Of a stretch of DNA of 64,000 nt, positions 26,864 through 35,237 are shown piece after piece. The stretch covers positions 53,657-117,656 of the forward strand of contig NEVA01000008.1 of the NCBI GenBank assembly GCA_002304445.1, written 5' to 3'. Origin of the DNA: Opitutia bacterium Tous-C4FEB (GTDB lineage Bacteria > Verrucomicrobiota > Verrucomicrobiia > Opitutales > Opitutaceae). The notes beneath the pieces are model-generated. The model was given only the letters and a program-made list of their open reading frames with translations. It ran no database searches and was not told where the DNA came from. Numbering within the stretch: the stretch's first letter is position 1; every line of letters begins with the position of its first letter. Position numbers and translations under genes: made by a program.

Positions 26864-27604
26864 ATGTCCGTCCCGATCCCCTCCACCGCTCCGGTCTCCC
26901 GGCCTGGTTTCGTGCGTCGGTTGGGGGCGGCCGGACCGTTTGCGCTGATGCTCACGTTTTGCCCGCCGCTCGGGGCATTGGTGCTGTTGTCCACGCTCAC
27001 GAGCTTCGGGCCGTGGCTGCGGGATCACGGTGCGGTCGGGATGTTGTTTTTCTTTTTGGTCATCGGGTTGCTGCTGGGGGTCTCGTTCGTGCCGACTTAC
27101 ACGAGCGCGATTTTGGCGGGTTGGGCGTTTGGTTTTTGGGTGGGCTGGCCCTTGGCCTTGGCGACGCTCACCGCGGCATCGCTGTTGGCGCGCGTGCTCG
27201 GGACGTGGGTCGCCCGTGATCGCGTGATGGCGATCATCCGGGAAAAGCCGTCGCTCTTTGCGGTGCACCAAGCACTCCTCGGCGCGCCGACCGGGAAAAC
27301 GGCGTTGGTGGTGACGTTGCTTCGCGTGTCACCGATGTCGCCGTTTGCGCTGACGAATTTTGCGTTCTCGGCGGCCCAGGTGCCGTTGGGTGCCTATCTT
27401 TTTGGCACCGTCGTCGGGCTGGCGCCGCGCACGGCGTTGGCGGCGTATGCGGCGGCGGGAGTCGAGCAACTCATGTTCAAACAGGTGGGCGACCGCACGA
27501 CGGTGATCGTTGGGATCGCGGTGACGGTGGTGGCGTTTGGCATCGTGGGTCTGTTGGCCAAACGGGCGTTGCGCGGGCTGACGACGCCACCGAAAAGCCG
27601 TTGA
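26864..27604 (+). CDS. TVP38/TMEM64 (DedA-related) family membrane protein
   Basis: Polytopic: ...VPTYTSAILAGWAFGFW...LLRVSPMSPFALTNFAFSAAQVPLGAYLFGTVVGLAPRT. The start was taken at ATG 26864, after the repeat element. Confidence 0.7.
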   Translation: MSVPIPSTAPVSRPGFVRRLGAAGPFALMLTFCPPLGALVLLSTLTSFGPWLRDHGAVGMLFFFLVIGLLLGVSFVPTYTSAILAGWAFGFWVGWPLALATLTAASLLARVLGTWVARDRVMAIIREKPSLFAVHQALLGAPTGKTALVVTLLRVSPMSPFALTNFAFSAAQVPLGAYLFGTVVGLAPRTALAAYAAAGVEQLMFKQVGDRTTVIVGIAVTVVAFGIVGLLAKRALRGLTTPPKSR

Positions 27605-27721
27605 TCGGCGCGGGCGACCGCGAAATCAAGGATGGAAGGCGGGCGCTCGGTGAAGAATGAGACGCCTAGCCGTCGGCAGTGACAAAGACCGGGCGGGCCA
27701 CAAATCGGCGACGGTCTGGGC

Positions 27722-28552
27722 TCAAAAGACACGCGTAAGGTAGTCTCGTCCGCGAAGGCCGCGCGCCAAGGTATCGGCAACGGATTCGTTTTCCCGGGCG
27801 GACATTTCGATGATCAGTCCGCCCTCGAAACGATAACGCCGGAGTTCGCCGAGGAGCCAAGGCCAGTCGATGCTGCCTTCGCCGGGAATGAGATGGGCGT
27901 CGCGGTCACCGAGGTTGTCGTTGATGTGAACCATCCGGAGGTGGCCGGAGAGTTTGTGCACCACGGTGCCGAGGTCGCCGCTGAGCCGGGCGTGGCCGGT
28001 ATCGAGACAGGCGCCGACGGTGCAGGTGTTGATCGAGCCGAGAAGGAACATGAGGTCGCCGGTCGGGCCGAAGAGCAGGTGAGGCAACATGTTTTCAAGC
28101 TGGAGCTGAATGCCTTGTTCGCAGCAAAAGGCGGCGACCTGATTGAGTGAGACGGCCGCGTGCTGGATGCGCTGTTGAAATTCTTCGGCGGGCGGGCGGC
28201 CGGAGTGCTCGGGGCCGGGGTGCAGGACGATGTTCTCCGCGCCGAGCAAGGCGGCGGCCCGGCAAGCGACGATGAGTTCGGCCACCGCCGCGGCGCGGAT
28301 GGCGGGGTCAAGCGAGGTGATGTCGATCCGATCGGCGAACGGGGCGTGAAAGGAGTAAGGCCGGAGGCCGAGGGCGCGGATCAGTTCGCCGGCCCGGCGG
28401 ACCTCGCCCTCGCGGTGGTAGTCGAGGTGGGCGGGAAAGGAGCAGACCTCGATCGCGTCGAATCCGCTCTCGCGGATAGATTCCAGCACGGTGAAAATGC
28501 TGCGCCGGTAAAAGCAACCGGTGGACAGACCAATGGGCCAAGCCGGACTCAT
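27722..28552 (-). CDS. Xylose-isomerase-like TIM-barrel protein (AP-endonuclease-2 superfamily: sugar-phosphate isomerase/epimerase or Nfo-like)
   Basis: Metal-ligand string FHAPF, VLHPG, QLEN, CLDTGH, VHINDN..GDRDAHLIPGEGSIDW, IIEM. ATG 28552 overlaps the stop of the upstream gene (ATGA). Confidence 0.7.
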   Translation of the reverse strand: MSPAWPIGLSTGCFYRRSIFTVLESIRESGFDAIEVCSFPAHLDYHREGEVRRAGELIRALGLRPYSFHAPFADRIDITSLDPAIRAAAVAELIVACRAAALLGAENIVLHPGPEHSGRPPAEEFQQRIQHAAVSLNQVAAFCCEQGIQLQLENMLPHLLFGPTGDLMFLLGSINTCTVGACLDTGHARLSGDLGTVVHKLSGHLRMVHINDNLGDRDAHLIPGEGSIDWPWLLGELRRYRFEGGLIIEMSARENESVADTLARGLRGRDYLTRVF

Positions 28553-29949
28553 GAAAGCGAAGGAGCGAGCAGGGACCGGCGACACGGTTCGAGGTCGCAG
28601 GAGCCGTGGGCAGGCGGAAAGCAGAAGCCTTTCTCCCGGTTCGAGGTGCAGCTCAGGTCGCCGAGCTGATCAAGGCCGACGGCGATCTGGCCGGCGAACA
28701 GCCGGGTGTAGAAATCGGCGCGGAGGGCGGGCGCGTAGTCGCTCCAATCGACGCCCCAGTGGTAGGCGGGGTTTTCGAATTTTGAGCGAATGAAGCCCGC
28801 GATGTGGCGGGGATGCCAACCGGCGGCGAGCAGGCAGCGGGTGGCGAGTTGCATGCCGGCGGGTTTGAGCAGGAGATCGTTGGGCCAAGTAGCGAGGTGG
28901 CGCATGCAGGCGGGCAGCGGCTCGAGCGGGGTGCGGTCATACGTTTGGGCCCAGCGACCGGCGGCATCATGATGTTCGGCGTAGTAGTGCAGGTGAAACC
29001 GCCGCAGGGCCGAGGTGAGGTAGTCGTGGAGGAGGCGCGCGGTGCCGGCTTCTTGGATTGGAATGCGGACGCAAGCACGCTGGGCGAGGGCGCAGACCTC
29101 TGCATCGACGGAACGAAATTTGACCGCTTGCCGGGCGTCGATTTCATGCAAAGGCAGACTGTAGATCGCCGGCAACCCGGGGGCGGAGTCCACGCGGTGG
29201 GCGAGGCCAAGGAACGACGGTTTGCAATACCGGGTGAAGGGCATGCGAAGGGAGCGGGTGTGCAGCGGGTCGCCATACTCGGAGATGTCGATCGAGATGA
29301 TTTCGCGACGGCCGGTGGCGGTTGGGCCGACATGCACGGCGGTGATCTCCACGGGAATCTCGGTGACGTGCCCGGCGGCTGCTTTTTCGCGATGGGCGAG
29401 ATACTCCATCACGAGAGCGGTCGCCGCGAAGACGCCGTGGGCCCGGAGGTCGATGGATTTCCGGTGCGTTGGCGGCACCCGTTGTGCGCAGGCGTCGAGC
29501 AGTTCGGGTGCAGGGCCCAGCGCGTCGAGCAAATCAGCCGAGGGAGAGTTTCGAGCGATACTCCAGATGAAGTGATGGCCCTGCCCGGTGATGAGGTGAA
29601 GCGGGCGAATGCCCAAGCCGAGCAGGAGAGCCTCGACGGTTTGGGCTGCCGGCTCCAGTAAAGCGAACGTGCGTTCGGGATCGAGATAGGCTTGGACGGG
29701 CGAATCAAAGTTCACGTAGTCCACATCGACGTGAAAAAGGATTGATTCGGAGTCGGCCAGAGATCGGGCGATGTCCGTCCCCGCCTCGAGCAGCCGGTCA
29801 AGTTCGGCGGGGCGTCGTAAACGCGCTCGGTCGAAATTGTAGCCGTCGGTGTGGGTGAGGTAAATGGCCGTGGCGCGGTCCAACGACCCGCCCCCTAAAA
29901 ACTCAATGAGCCGATCACGCACGGCGGGATGAGCGTAGAGGGGGGACAT
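28549..29949 (-). CDS. Hypothetical protein with AEP (PriS-like) primase-polymerase motifs and a PriL-like Cys-cluster C-terminus
   Basis: 466 aa. Contains ILFHVDVDYV (DxD), LITGQGHHFIW (GxGxH), SIDISEYGDPLHTRSLRMPFTRYCK, LPACMRHL...GWHPRHIAGFIRSKF, and Cys at 434, 443, 451 and 456. The ORF is well supported. The function is inference. Confidence 0.45.
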   Translation of the reverse strand: MSPLYAHPAVRDRLIEFLGGGSLDRATAIYLTHTDGYNFDRARLRRPAELDRLLEAGTDIARSLADSESILFHVDVDYVNFDSPVQAYLDPERTFALLEPAAQTVEALLLGLGIRPLHLITGQGHHFIWSIARNSPSADLLDALGPAPELLDACAQRVPPTHRKSIDLRAHGVFAATALVMEYLAHREKAAAGHVTEIPVEITAVHVGPTATGRREIISIDISEYGDPLHTRSLRMPFTRYCKPSFLGLAHRVDSAPGLPAIYSLPLHEIDARQAVKFRSVDAEVCALAQRACVRIPIQEAGTARLLHDYLTSALRRFHLHYYAEHHDAAGRWAQTYDRTPLEPLPACMRHLATWPNDLLLKPAGMQLATRCLLAAGWHPRHIAGFIRSKFENPAYHWGVDWSDYAPALRADFYTRLFAGQIAVGLDQLGDLSCTSNREKGFCFPPAHGSCDLEPCRRSLLAPSLS

Positions 29950-30075
29950 GGGTTTGTGATGCCGAAGGCAGCCAAGCCGCCAGCCGCAGCGTTCAAGGTG
30001 GGAGCGGGGCCTCGTGCGGAGACGGCGGCCCAGGCGCCCTAACGCCGGAGCGGGCGCGCCGGGCCCCGGCCGAGA

Positions 30076-30531
30076 TCAGGGTATGCCGTTTTCCTGCATG
30101 ACGTAGAGCGGCTCGAGTTGCGAGTAGCTGGGTTGGAGGAACGCGACCAGATCGATCAATTGTTGGACGGTCATGACCCGGTTGAACGAGCGCATGGGGG
30201 AGGTTAACAGCTTTGCTTGTTGCTCGGGTGAACGGGCGTCCGACAGGGCGAATTCGGGATGGATGATCGAGGTGAGCAGGTCACCGTAGGTGCGCATTCG
30301 GGCGACCTTTCCGCCGAGGGCCAAGGTCTTGAGTGCGGGGGCGGTCGGGGGCGGCAGATCGACGCCGGCGACCGAGTGGCAGCGGATGCATTGTAGGCTC
30401 ACGAAGGCGGCTTGACCGTTGACGGCGTTCCCTTCGGGCAGGCGAAAGGTGCGGGTGGATTTGACGTTGTCTTTGCAGCCGACGGCGAAAAGGCCGAAGG
30501 CTGCCAAGCAGACGAGGGCAACACGTTTCAT
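30076..30531 (-). CDS. Lipoprotein c-type cytochrome
   Basis: MKRVALVCLAAFGLFAVGC is a lipobox. There is a single haem motif, CIRCH, with a distal Met region (LLTSPMRSF). Confidence 0.7.
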   Translation of the reverse strand: MKRVALVCLAAFGLFAVGCKDNVKSTRTFRLPEGNAVNGQAAFVSLQCIRCHSVAGVDLPPPTAPALKTLALGGKVARMRTYGDLLTSIIHPEFALSDARSPEQQAKLLTSPMRSFNRVMTVQQLIDLVAFLQPSYSQLEPLYVMQENGIP

Positions 30532-30602
30532 GACAGACTCCTTGATTTTTGGTTGGGGGTGGCCGCGCCGGGCGGCGTTGAGGATACGGCGGGTGACGAT
30601 CG

Positions 30603-30887
30603 CTAGATCGCCAAGCCGAACCGGGCTTTGACGGCAGAGGGATCGAGCACGAGCGATTCGAGCAGCATGGCTGACGCGATGCGTTCGGCGGCGATCCTTA
30701 ACAGCCGGTCGTATTGGAGGCCGACGAGGGCCACGCCGTCGTGCCGGATTTCGCCGATGCGGGCCCGGGCGACGAGCAGATGCATGAGGAAGTCTTCCGC
30801 TTCGATCGGATCGTCGGTGAAGTGCGTGCAGACAGCGTGATTATGCTGTGGATGGATCGTGTAATCGATGGCGTATTTTTTGAGCAT
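30603..30887 (-). CDS. Hypothetical 94-aa protein
   Basis: ORF MLKKYAIDYTIHPQHNHAVCTHFTDDPIEAEDFLMHLL... is co-oriented with the flanking genes. I recognise no family. Confidence 0.4.
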   Translation of the reverse strand: MLKKYAIDYTIHPQHNHAVCTHFTDDPIEAEDFLMHLLVARARIGEIRHDGVALVGLQYDRLLRIAAERIASAMLLESLVLDPSAVKARFGLAI

Positions 30888-30935
30888 GGTCGTGGTTCCC
30901 CGGTGGGAGGATTGGGTTGATCGGGCGGAGTGGTT

Positions 30936-31154
30936 TTAGTTGGCCTGAGCCCGGGCGCGGACCCGTTGGAGGCGCTCGCCAATGGCGACTGCGACGCGAC
31001 GGTCGCCCGCTGGGCCGGGGGCGTGGGGACGGTATTTTGGATCGCTTTGATCGGTGACGAGCGTGTGGGCGATGGTCTGCCGCGCCGAAGCGGGCTCGGA
31101 AGAGCGTTTGGCGGCGGCGGACGCGAAAGCAGATTTTTTGGATGGGCTTTTCAT
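30936..31154 (-). CDS. Hypothetical 72-aa basic protein
   Basis: ORF MKSPSKKSAFASAAAKRSS... Its ATG overlaps the stop of a further 35-aa upstream ORF (31151-31258). Weak support. Confidence 0.3.
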   Translation of the reverse strand: MKSPSKKSAFASAAAKRSSEPASARQTIAHTLVTDQSDPKYRPHAPGPAGDRRVAVAIGERLQRVRARAQAN

Positions 31155-31638
31155 GATTTAGGGGCGGGTTGAGAATCGGAGGTTAAGGTGGCGGTCGATT
31201 CGACCGGATCGGCCGGGGAGGGGCCGGCGAGAGAGAGCGTGGAAGTCGGGGCGTTCATCGTGGCGGGGGTGGGACCGGCTTTGGCGGGAGGGGTGGTGGT
31301 GAACGGAGTTTGGAGAGCAGTGAGGCTTTCTGTACTCTACTCTATTGGCTGAGGGATGCTCCGCTTCCTTTGCCCAAAGTGAGGCGGATCTTGGCCGCCT
31401 CTACCGGCGACGAGAGGAGGCGCCGCAGAGGTTTTGGCGGTTTTGGCGGACTTGAAATCATCGAGCCCTCGGTCTGGACCGGATGCGGAACATGCCGAGG
31501 GCGTCGCCTCGGGCAGGCGGTGAACCAACAACAAACGAGCCCCTATAAAGTGGGGGCGCGAAAGGTTTGAAGCTTGAGCTTGTGGGGTGGGCATTGGTTT
31601 GTGGGGTGTGTCGTGTTTCACCCCCATCCCACCATCCC

Positions 31639-32484
31639 ATGAGAATCGGTCTTAACTCCTTCCTTTACGCGTCTCCGTTCACCACCGAGAGCACCAAGCT
31701 CTTCGCCAAGTTCAAGAAGTGGGGCTTCGATACGGTCGAAATCCCGGTAGAAGACCCAAGTCACATCGACCCCGTGAAAGTCCGCGCGGCCGCCGAGAAA
31801 GCCGGTATCGCCATCGGTAGCATTTGCGCCTGCATGGGGCCGGGTCGCGATTTCCGTGGCTCTGATGAGGACCAGAAAGCCGGCATGGATTATTGCATGG
31901 CGCTCATCGATCAGGCCGCCGTCATGGGCTGTCCCCGCGTGATCGGTCCGATTTATTCCGTGGTCGGAAAGGCCGATGCCGTCGAGCCGGCCCAACAGAA
32001 GATCGAGTGGGCGCTCGTGGTGAAGAATCTCAAAGTCCTCGCGAAGCACGCCGAGGCCAAGGGCGTCGAGATCTGCATCGAGCCGCTCAATCGTTTCGAA
32101 ACCGATTTCCTCAACACCAGCGACCAAGGCCTGCGGCTCGTAAAGGCCGTCGGCTCGAAGGCGGTGAAGCTCCACCTCGACACTTTCCACATGAACATCG
32201 AGGAGAAGAATCAGGCCGCCGCCATCCGCAAGGTGGGCAAATTGCTGGGGCACTTTCATGCCTGCGGCAGCGACCGTGGTACGCCGGGCGGGGACCACAT
32301 CGCGTGGCCGGAAATCGTCAAAGCGCTCAAGGCGATCGGCTACAAAGGCGATGTCGTGATCGAGTCGTTTACGACCGACGTGAAGGTGATCGCCCGTGCC
32401 GCCGCCATCTGGCGCAAGATCGAGCCGAAGCGCGACGATATCGCGGTCAACGGCCTCAAGTTCCTGCGTAAAGTTCTCAAGTAA
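31639..32484 (+). CDS. Sugar phosphate isomerase/epimerase (ketose 3-epimerase-like TIM barrel)
   Basis: MRIGLNSFLY...GFDTVEIPV...ICIEPLNRFETDFLNT...LHLDTFHMNIEE...FHACGSDRGTPGGDHIAW...VVIESFT. Trimmed to ATG 31639. Confidence 0.75.
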   Translation: MRIGLNSFLYASPFTTESTKLFAKFKKWGFDTVEIPVEDPSHIDPVKVRAAAEKAGIAIGSICACMGPGRDFRGSDEDQKAGMDYCMALIDQAAVMGCPRVIGPIYSVVGKADAVEPAQQKIEWALVVKNLKVLAKHAEAKGVEICIEPLNRFETDFLNTSDQGLRLVKAVGSKAVKLHLDTFHMNIEEKNQAAAIRKVGKLLGHFHACGSDRGTPGGDHIAWPEIVKALKAIGYKGDVVIESFTTDVKVIARAAAIWRKIEPKRDDIAVNGLKFLRKVLK

Positions 32485-32517
32485 CCCCGCGCCTCCAACC
32501 TAGTCTCAAAGGCCGCG

Positions 32518-33438
32518 ATGAAACTGTCCCTGACACTTGCGTTCATTGCGGCCGTTTTTGCCGCCGGCGGCGTGCATGCAGCCGACAAAAAAATCGTGCT
32601 GATCGCCGGCAAGCCCAGCCACGGGCCGGGGGCGCATGAGCACCGTGCGGGCTGTCTATTGTTTCAAAAATGCCTCGCCGGTTTTCCGGGGGCGAACGTC
32701 GTCGTTTACGACGGCGGTTGGCCGACGAAGCAGGTGGACGGAAAAGCGGTGGACGACGACGCGGCCCTCGATGACGCGGCGGCGATCGTTTTCTACAGTG
32801 ACGGCGGCGAGAAACACCCGGCGTTGGTCGGAGACCGGTTGGCGGTGCTCGGCCGGCAGGTGAAACGCGGGGCGGGCATCGGGGCCATTCACTACGCCGT
32901 CGAGCCGACGAAAGAGAAAGGTCAGGCCGAGTGGATCGACTGGATCGGGGGCGCGTTTGAGATCCACTGGTCGGTGAATCCGCACTGGGATGGAGATTTC
33001 AAAACGTTGCCGGTACATGCGACCACGCGGGGCGTAAAACCGTTCACGACCCGCGACGAATGGTATTTCAACATGCGTTTCCGCCCGGGCATGAAAAACG
33101 TCACGCCGATCCTCGAGGCAGTGCCGCCGGCCGACACCATGAGCCGGCCGGATGGCAAGCACTCGGGCAATCCCGCGGTGCGCGAACAGGTCGCCAAAAA
33201 GGTGCCGCAAACGGTGATGTGGACTTCCGAGAATGAGGCCGGCGGCCGTGGATTCGGGTTTACAGGCGGACACTTTCACGCGAGCTGGCAAAAGGAAGAC
33301 CAGCGCAAACTCATGCTCAACGCGATCGTCTGGCTGGCGCATCTCGAAGTGCCGGCGGGTGGGGTGGTCTCGAGCGTGAGCGGCGCGGAGATTGCGGCGA
33401 ATCTCGATCCGAAGCCCGCGCCGAAGAAAAAGTCTTAG
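32518..33438 (+). CDS. ThuA-domain protein (secreted)
   Basis: Signal MKLSLTLAFIAAVFAAGGVHA, then KKIVLIAGKPSHGPGAHEH...DEWYFNMRF...VMWTSENE... matches the ThuA-like pattern. Confidence 0.7.
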   Translation: MKLSLTLAFIAAVFAAGGVHAADKKIVLIAGKPSHGPGAHEHRAGCLLFQKCLAGFPGANVVVYDGGWPTKQVDGKAVDDDAALDDAAAIVFYSDGGEKHPALVGDRLAVLGRQVKRGAGIGAIHYAVEPTKEKGQAEWIDWIGGAFEIHWSVNPHWDGDFKTLPVHATTRGVKPFTTRDEWYFNMRFRPGMKNVTPILEAVPPADTMSRPDGKHSGNPAVREQVAKKVPQTVMWTSENEAGGRGFGFTGGHFHASWQKEDQRKLMLNAIVWLAHLEVPAGGVVSSVSGAEIAANLDPKPAPKKKS

Positions 33439-33609
33439 CGGGGCGTCGCCACCGCCGACCGTTTTGGTTTTTTCCGACTCGCGCTCAGTGGGCGGGCGGC
33501 GTGGCGGGTTTGAATGCCGTTGCGAACCACACGGCGAGCATGATGAGCCCGAAGCTCACGGCGTAATTCCCCGTGAGTTTTTCCTTGAGCACGAACCGCC
33601 AGTGGGCTC

Positions 33610-34590
33610 CTACCGCGGAAGCTGATAGTAGTCGCGGAACCAGGCGACGAAGCGCCGTAGGCCTTCCTCCAGCGGGACCTTTGGCGTGTAGCCGACGGCG
33701 GCGGTCACCCGCGTGAGATCGGCGCAGGTTTCAAACATGTCGCCGGTCTGGGGCGGGAGTAGTTCGATCTGGGCTTTGCGACCGAGGAGTTGTTCGAGCA
33801 TCTGCACGAAGAGGAGCGTCTCAACGGGGCGGTGGTGGCCGAGATTGAAAATGCGCGCGGGCGGGACGGGCGCGGCGGCGGGAGGATACAGCAGGACGCG
33901 CACGATGCCGTCCACGATGTCGTCGACGTAGGTGAAATCGCGCAGATTTTTGCCGTGGTTGAAGAGTTTGAGCGGGCGGCCCTCGGCGAGCGCACGGGCG
34001 AAAAGGGTCGGCGCCATATCGGGGCGACCCCAGGGCCCGTAAACCGTGAAGAAGCGCAGGCCGGTCACGTTGAGGCCATGGGTGCGCGCGTAACTGTGCG
34101 CGAGGAGTTCGTTGGCTTTCTTGGTCGCACCGTAAAACGACGTGGGCTGGTCGGTGTCGGCGTCCTCCCGAAAGGGTGCGGTCGCTCCCGCGCCATAGAC
34201 GCTGCTGCTCGAAGCATAGACGAGGTGCTTGGGCGGCGTGCGCCGGCAGGCCTCGAGCACACTGGCGAAACCGACCAGATTGCTGTGCGTGTAGGCGGCG
34301 GGATTTTCCAAGCTGTGGCGCACGCCGGGTTGAGCGCCGAGGTGGACGACGTAGTCGGGTTTGAATCGGGCGGTGAGCGCGGAAAAATTCTCGGCGTCGG
34401 CGAAATCACTTTGGAGAAAATGGAATTTTTCGAGCGCGGCGAGTTCCCCGAGCCGGGCACGTTTCAGCGCGACGTCGTAGTAGTCGGACAGGTGGTCGAC
34501 CCCGAGCACTTCGCAACGCTTCGTCTCGGCGAGGCGGCGGGAGACGTGGTAACCGATGAAGCCGGCGGCGCCGGTCACAAGGACTTTCAT
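33610..34590 (-). CDS. NAD-dependent epimerase/dehydratase, UDP-glucuronate 4-epimerase-like
   Basis: MKVLVTGAAGFIGYHVSRRL...ASSSSVYG...YGATKKANE (YxxxK)...RFFTVYGPWGRPDMA. Confidence 0.8.
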   Translation of the reverse strand: MKVLVTGAAGFIGYHVSRRLAETKRCEVLGVDHLSDYYDVALKRARLGELAALEKFHFLQSDFADAENFSALTARFKPDYVVHLGAQPGVRHSLENPAAYTHSNLVGFASVLEACRRTPPKHLVYASSSSVYGAGATAPFREDADTDQPTSFYGATKKANELLAHSYARTHGLNVTGLRFFTVYGPWGRPDMAPTLFARALAEGRPLKLFNHGKNLRDFTYVDDIVDGIVRVLLYPPAAAPVPPARIFNLGHHRPVETLLFVQMLEQLLGRKAQIELLPPQTGDMFETCADLTRVTAAVGYTPKVPLEEGLRRFVAWFRDYYQLPR

Positions 34591-34780
34591 TCTGCCGAGC
34601 GATAGCGCGACCCGTGCGGCGGCGCTAGGAAAAAGACAACGGGATCGTTATCCGCACAGATTGGAAGCCGTTGGTTTTCGCCATGACAAAATTTCTTCGG
34701 AAAACCCCAAGAGTGGGCTTGATTGGGAAAAATCACGGCCTATGAGTTGCACCCCGGTTGTCCGTCGCCACGATTCCATC

Positions 34781-35116
34781 ATGAAGATCAAAGCCTATCT
34801 CAAGCCCTCCTGCGGTTGGTCCAACGGCGTTCGTGCGGTCATGAAAAAGCACAGTCTCGCCTTCGAGGACATCGATATCATCAACAATCGCGCGAACTAC
34901 GCCGAGATGGTCGCCAAGTCCGGTCAGCCCCTTTCGCCGTGTGTCGAGATCGACGGCGTGATGCTGGCCGATATCTCGGGTGAAGAAGTGGAAAATTACC
35001 TGCTCAGCAACGACCTCGTGAAACCTTCCGATGCCTCCGCCGGCGCTGTGCTCAATGCCGGCTGCTCCGACGAGGAACACGCCAAAATGGCCACTAAAAC
35101 TGTTCGTTTTTTCTAA
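34781..35116 (+). CDS. Glutaredoxin-like (thioredoxin-fold) protein with a CxxS site
   Basis: [33 protein letters not shown]...[18 protein letters not shown]. An alternative start lies at ATG 34742. Confidence 0.6.
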   Translation: MKIKAYLKPSCGWSNGVRAVMKKHSLAFEDIDIINNRANYAEMVAKSGQPLSPCVEIDGVMLADISGEEVENYLLSNDLVKPSDASAGAVLNAGCSDEEHAKMATKTVRFF

Positions 35117-35144
35117 CGCTGAGAGCCTACCGCGCATAACTTCC

Positions 35145-35181
35145 GGGCCGCTCTCGCAAACGCGAGGCCGGCCCTTTTTTT
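35145..35181 (+). terminator. Rho-independent terminator
   Basis: GGGCCGCTCTCGC / aaac / GCGAGGCCGGCCC (11 of 13 paired), followed by T7 (35175-35181). Confidence 0.7.
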
Positions 35182-35237
35182 GCGTAGTGCGCGCCTCATC
35201 CGGCTCCGATCCTGCTTCCGAAACCTTACTTTTATCC

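Noticed and set aside
28585-28647. An 11-nt direct repeat, CGGTTCGAGGT, at 28585-28595 and 28637-28647 inside the 3' end of the AEP-like gene.
   Set aside because: Both copies fall in different codon contexts (..CDLEPC.. and ..SCTSNRE..). A single short repeat in G+C-rich coding DNA is expected by chance.
33485-33595. A small reverse-strand ORF downstream of the epimerase gene encoding a single TM helix (..LKEKLTGNYAVSFGLIMLAVWFATAFKPATPPAH). A GTG start is possible.
   Set aside because: There is no ATG and no visible RBS. It is below the size at which I can separate signal from noise by eye.
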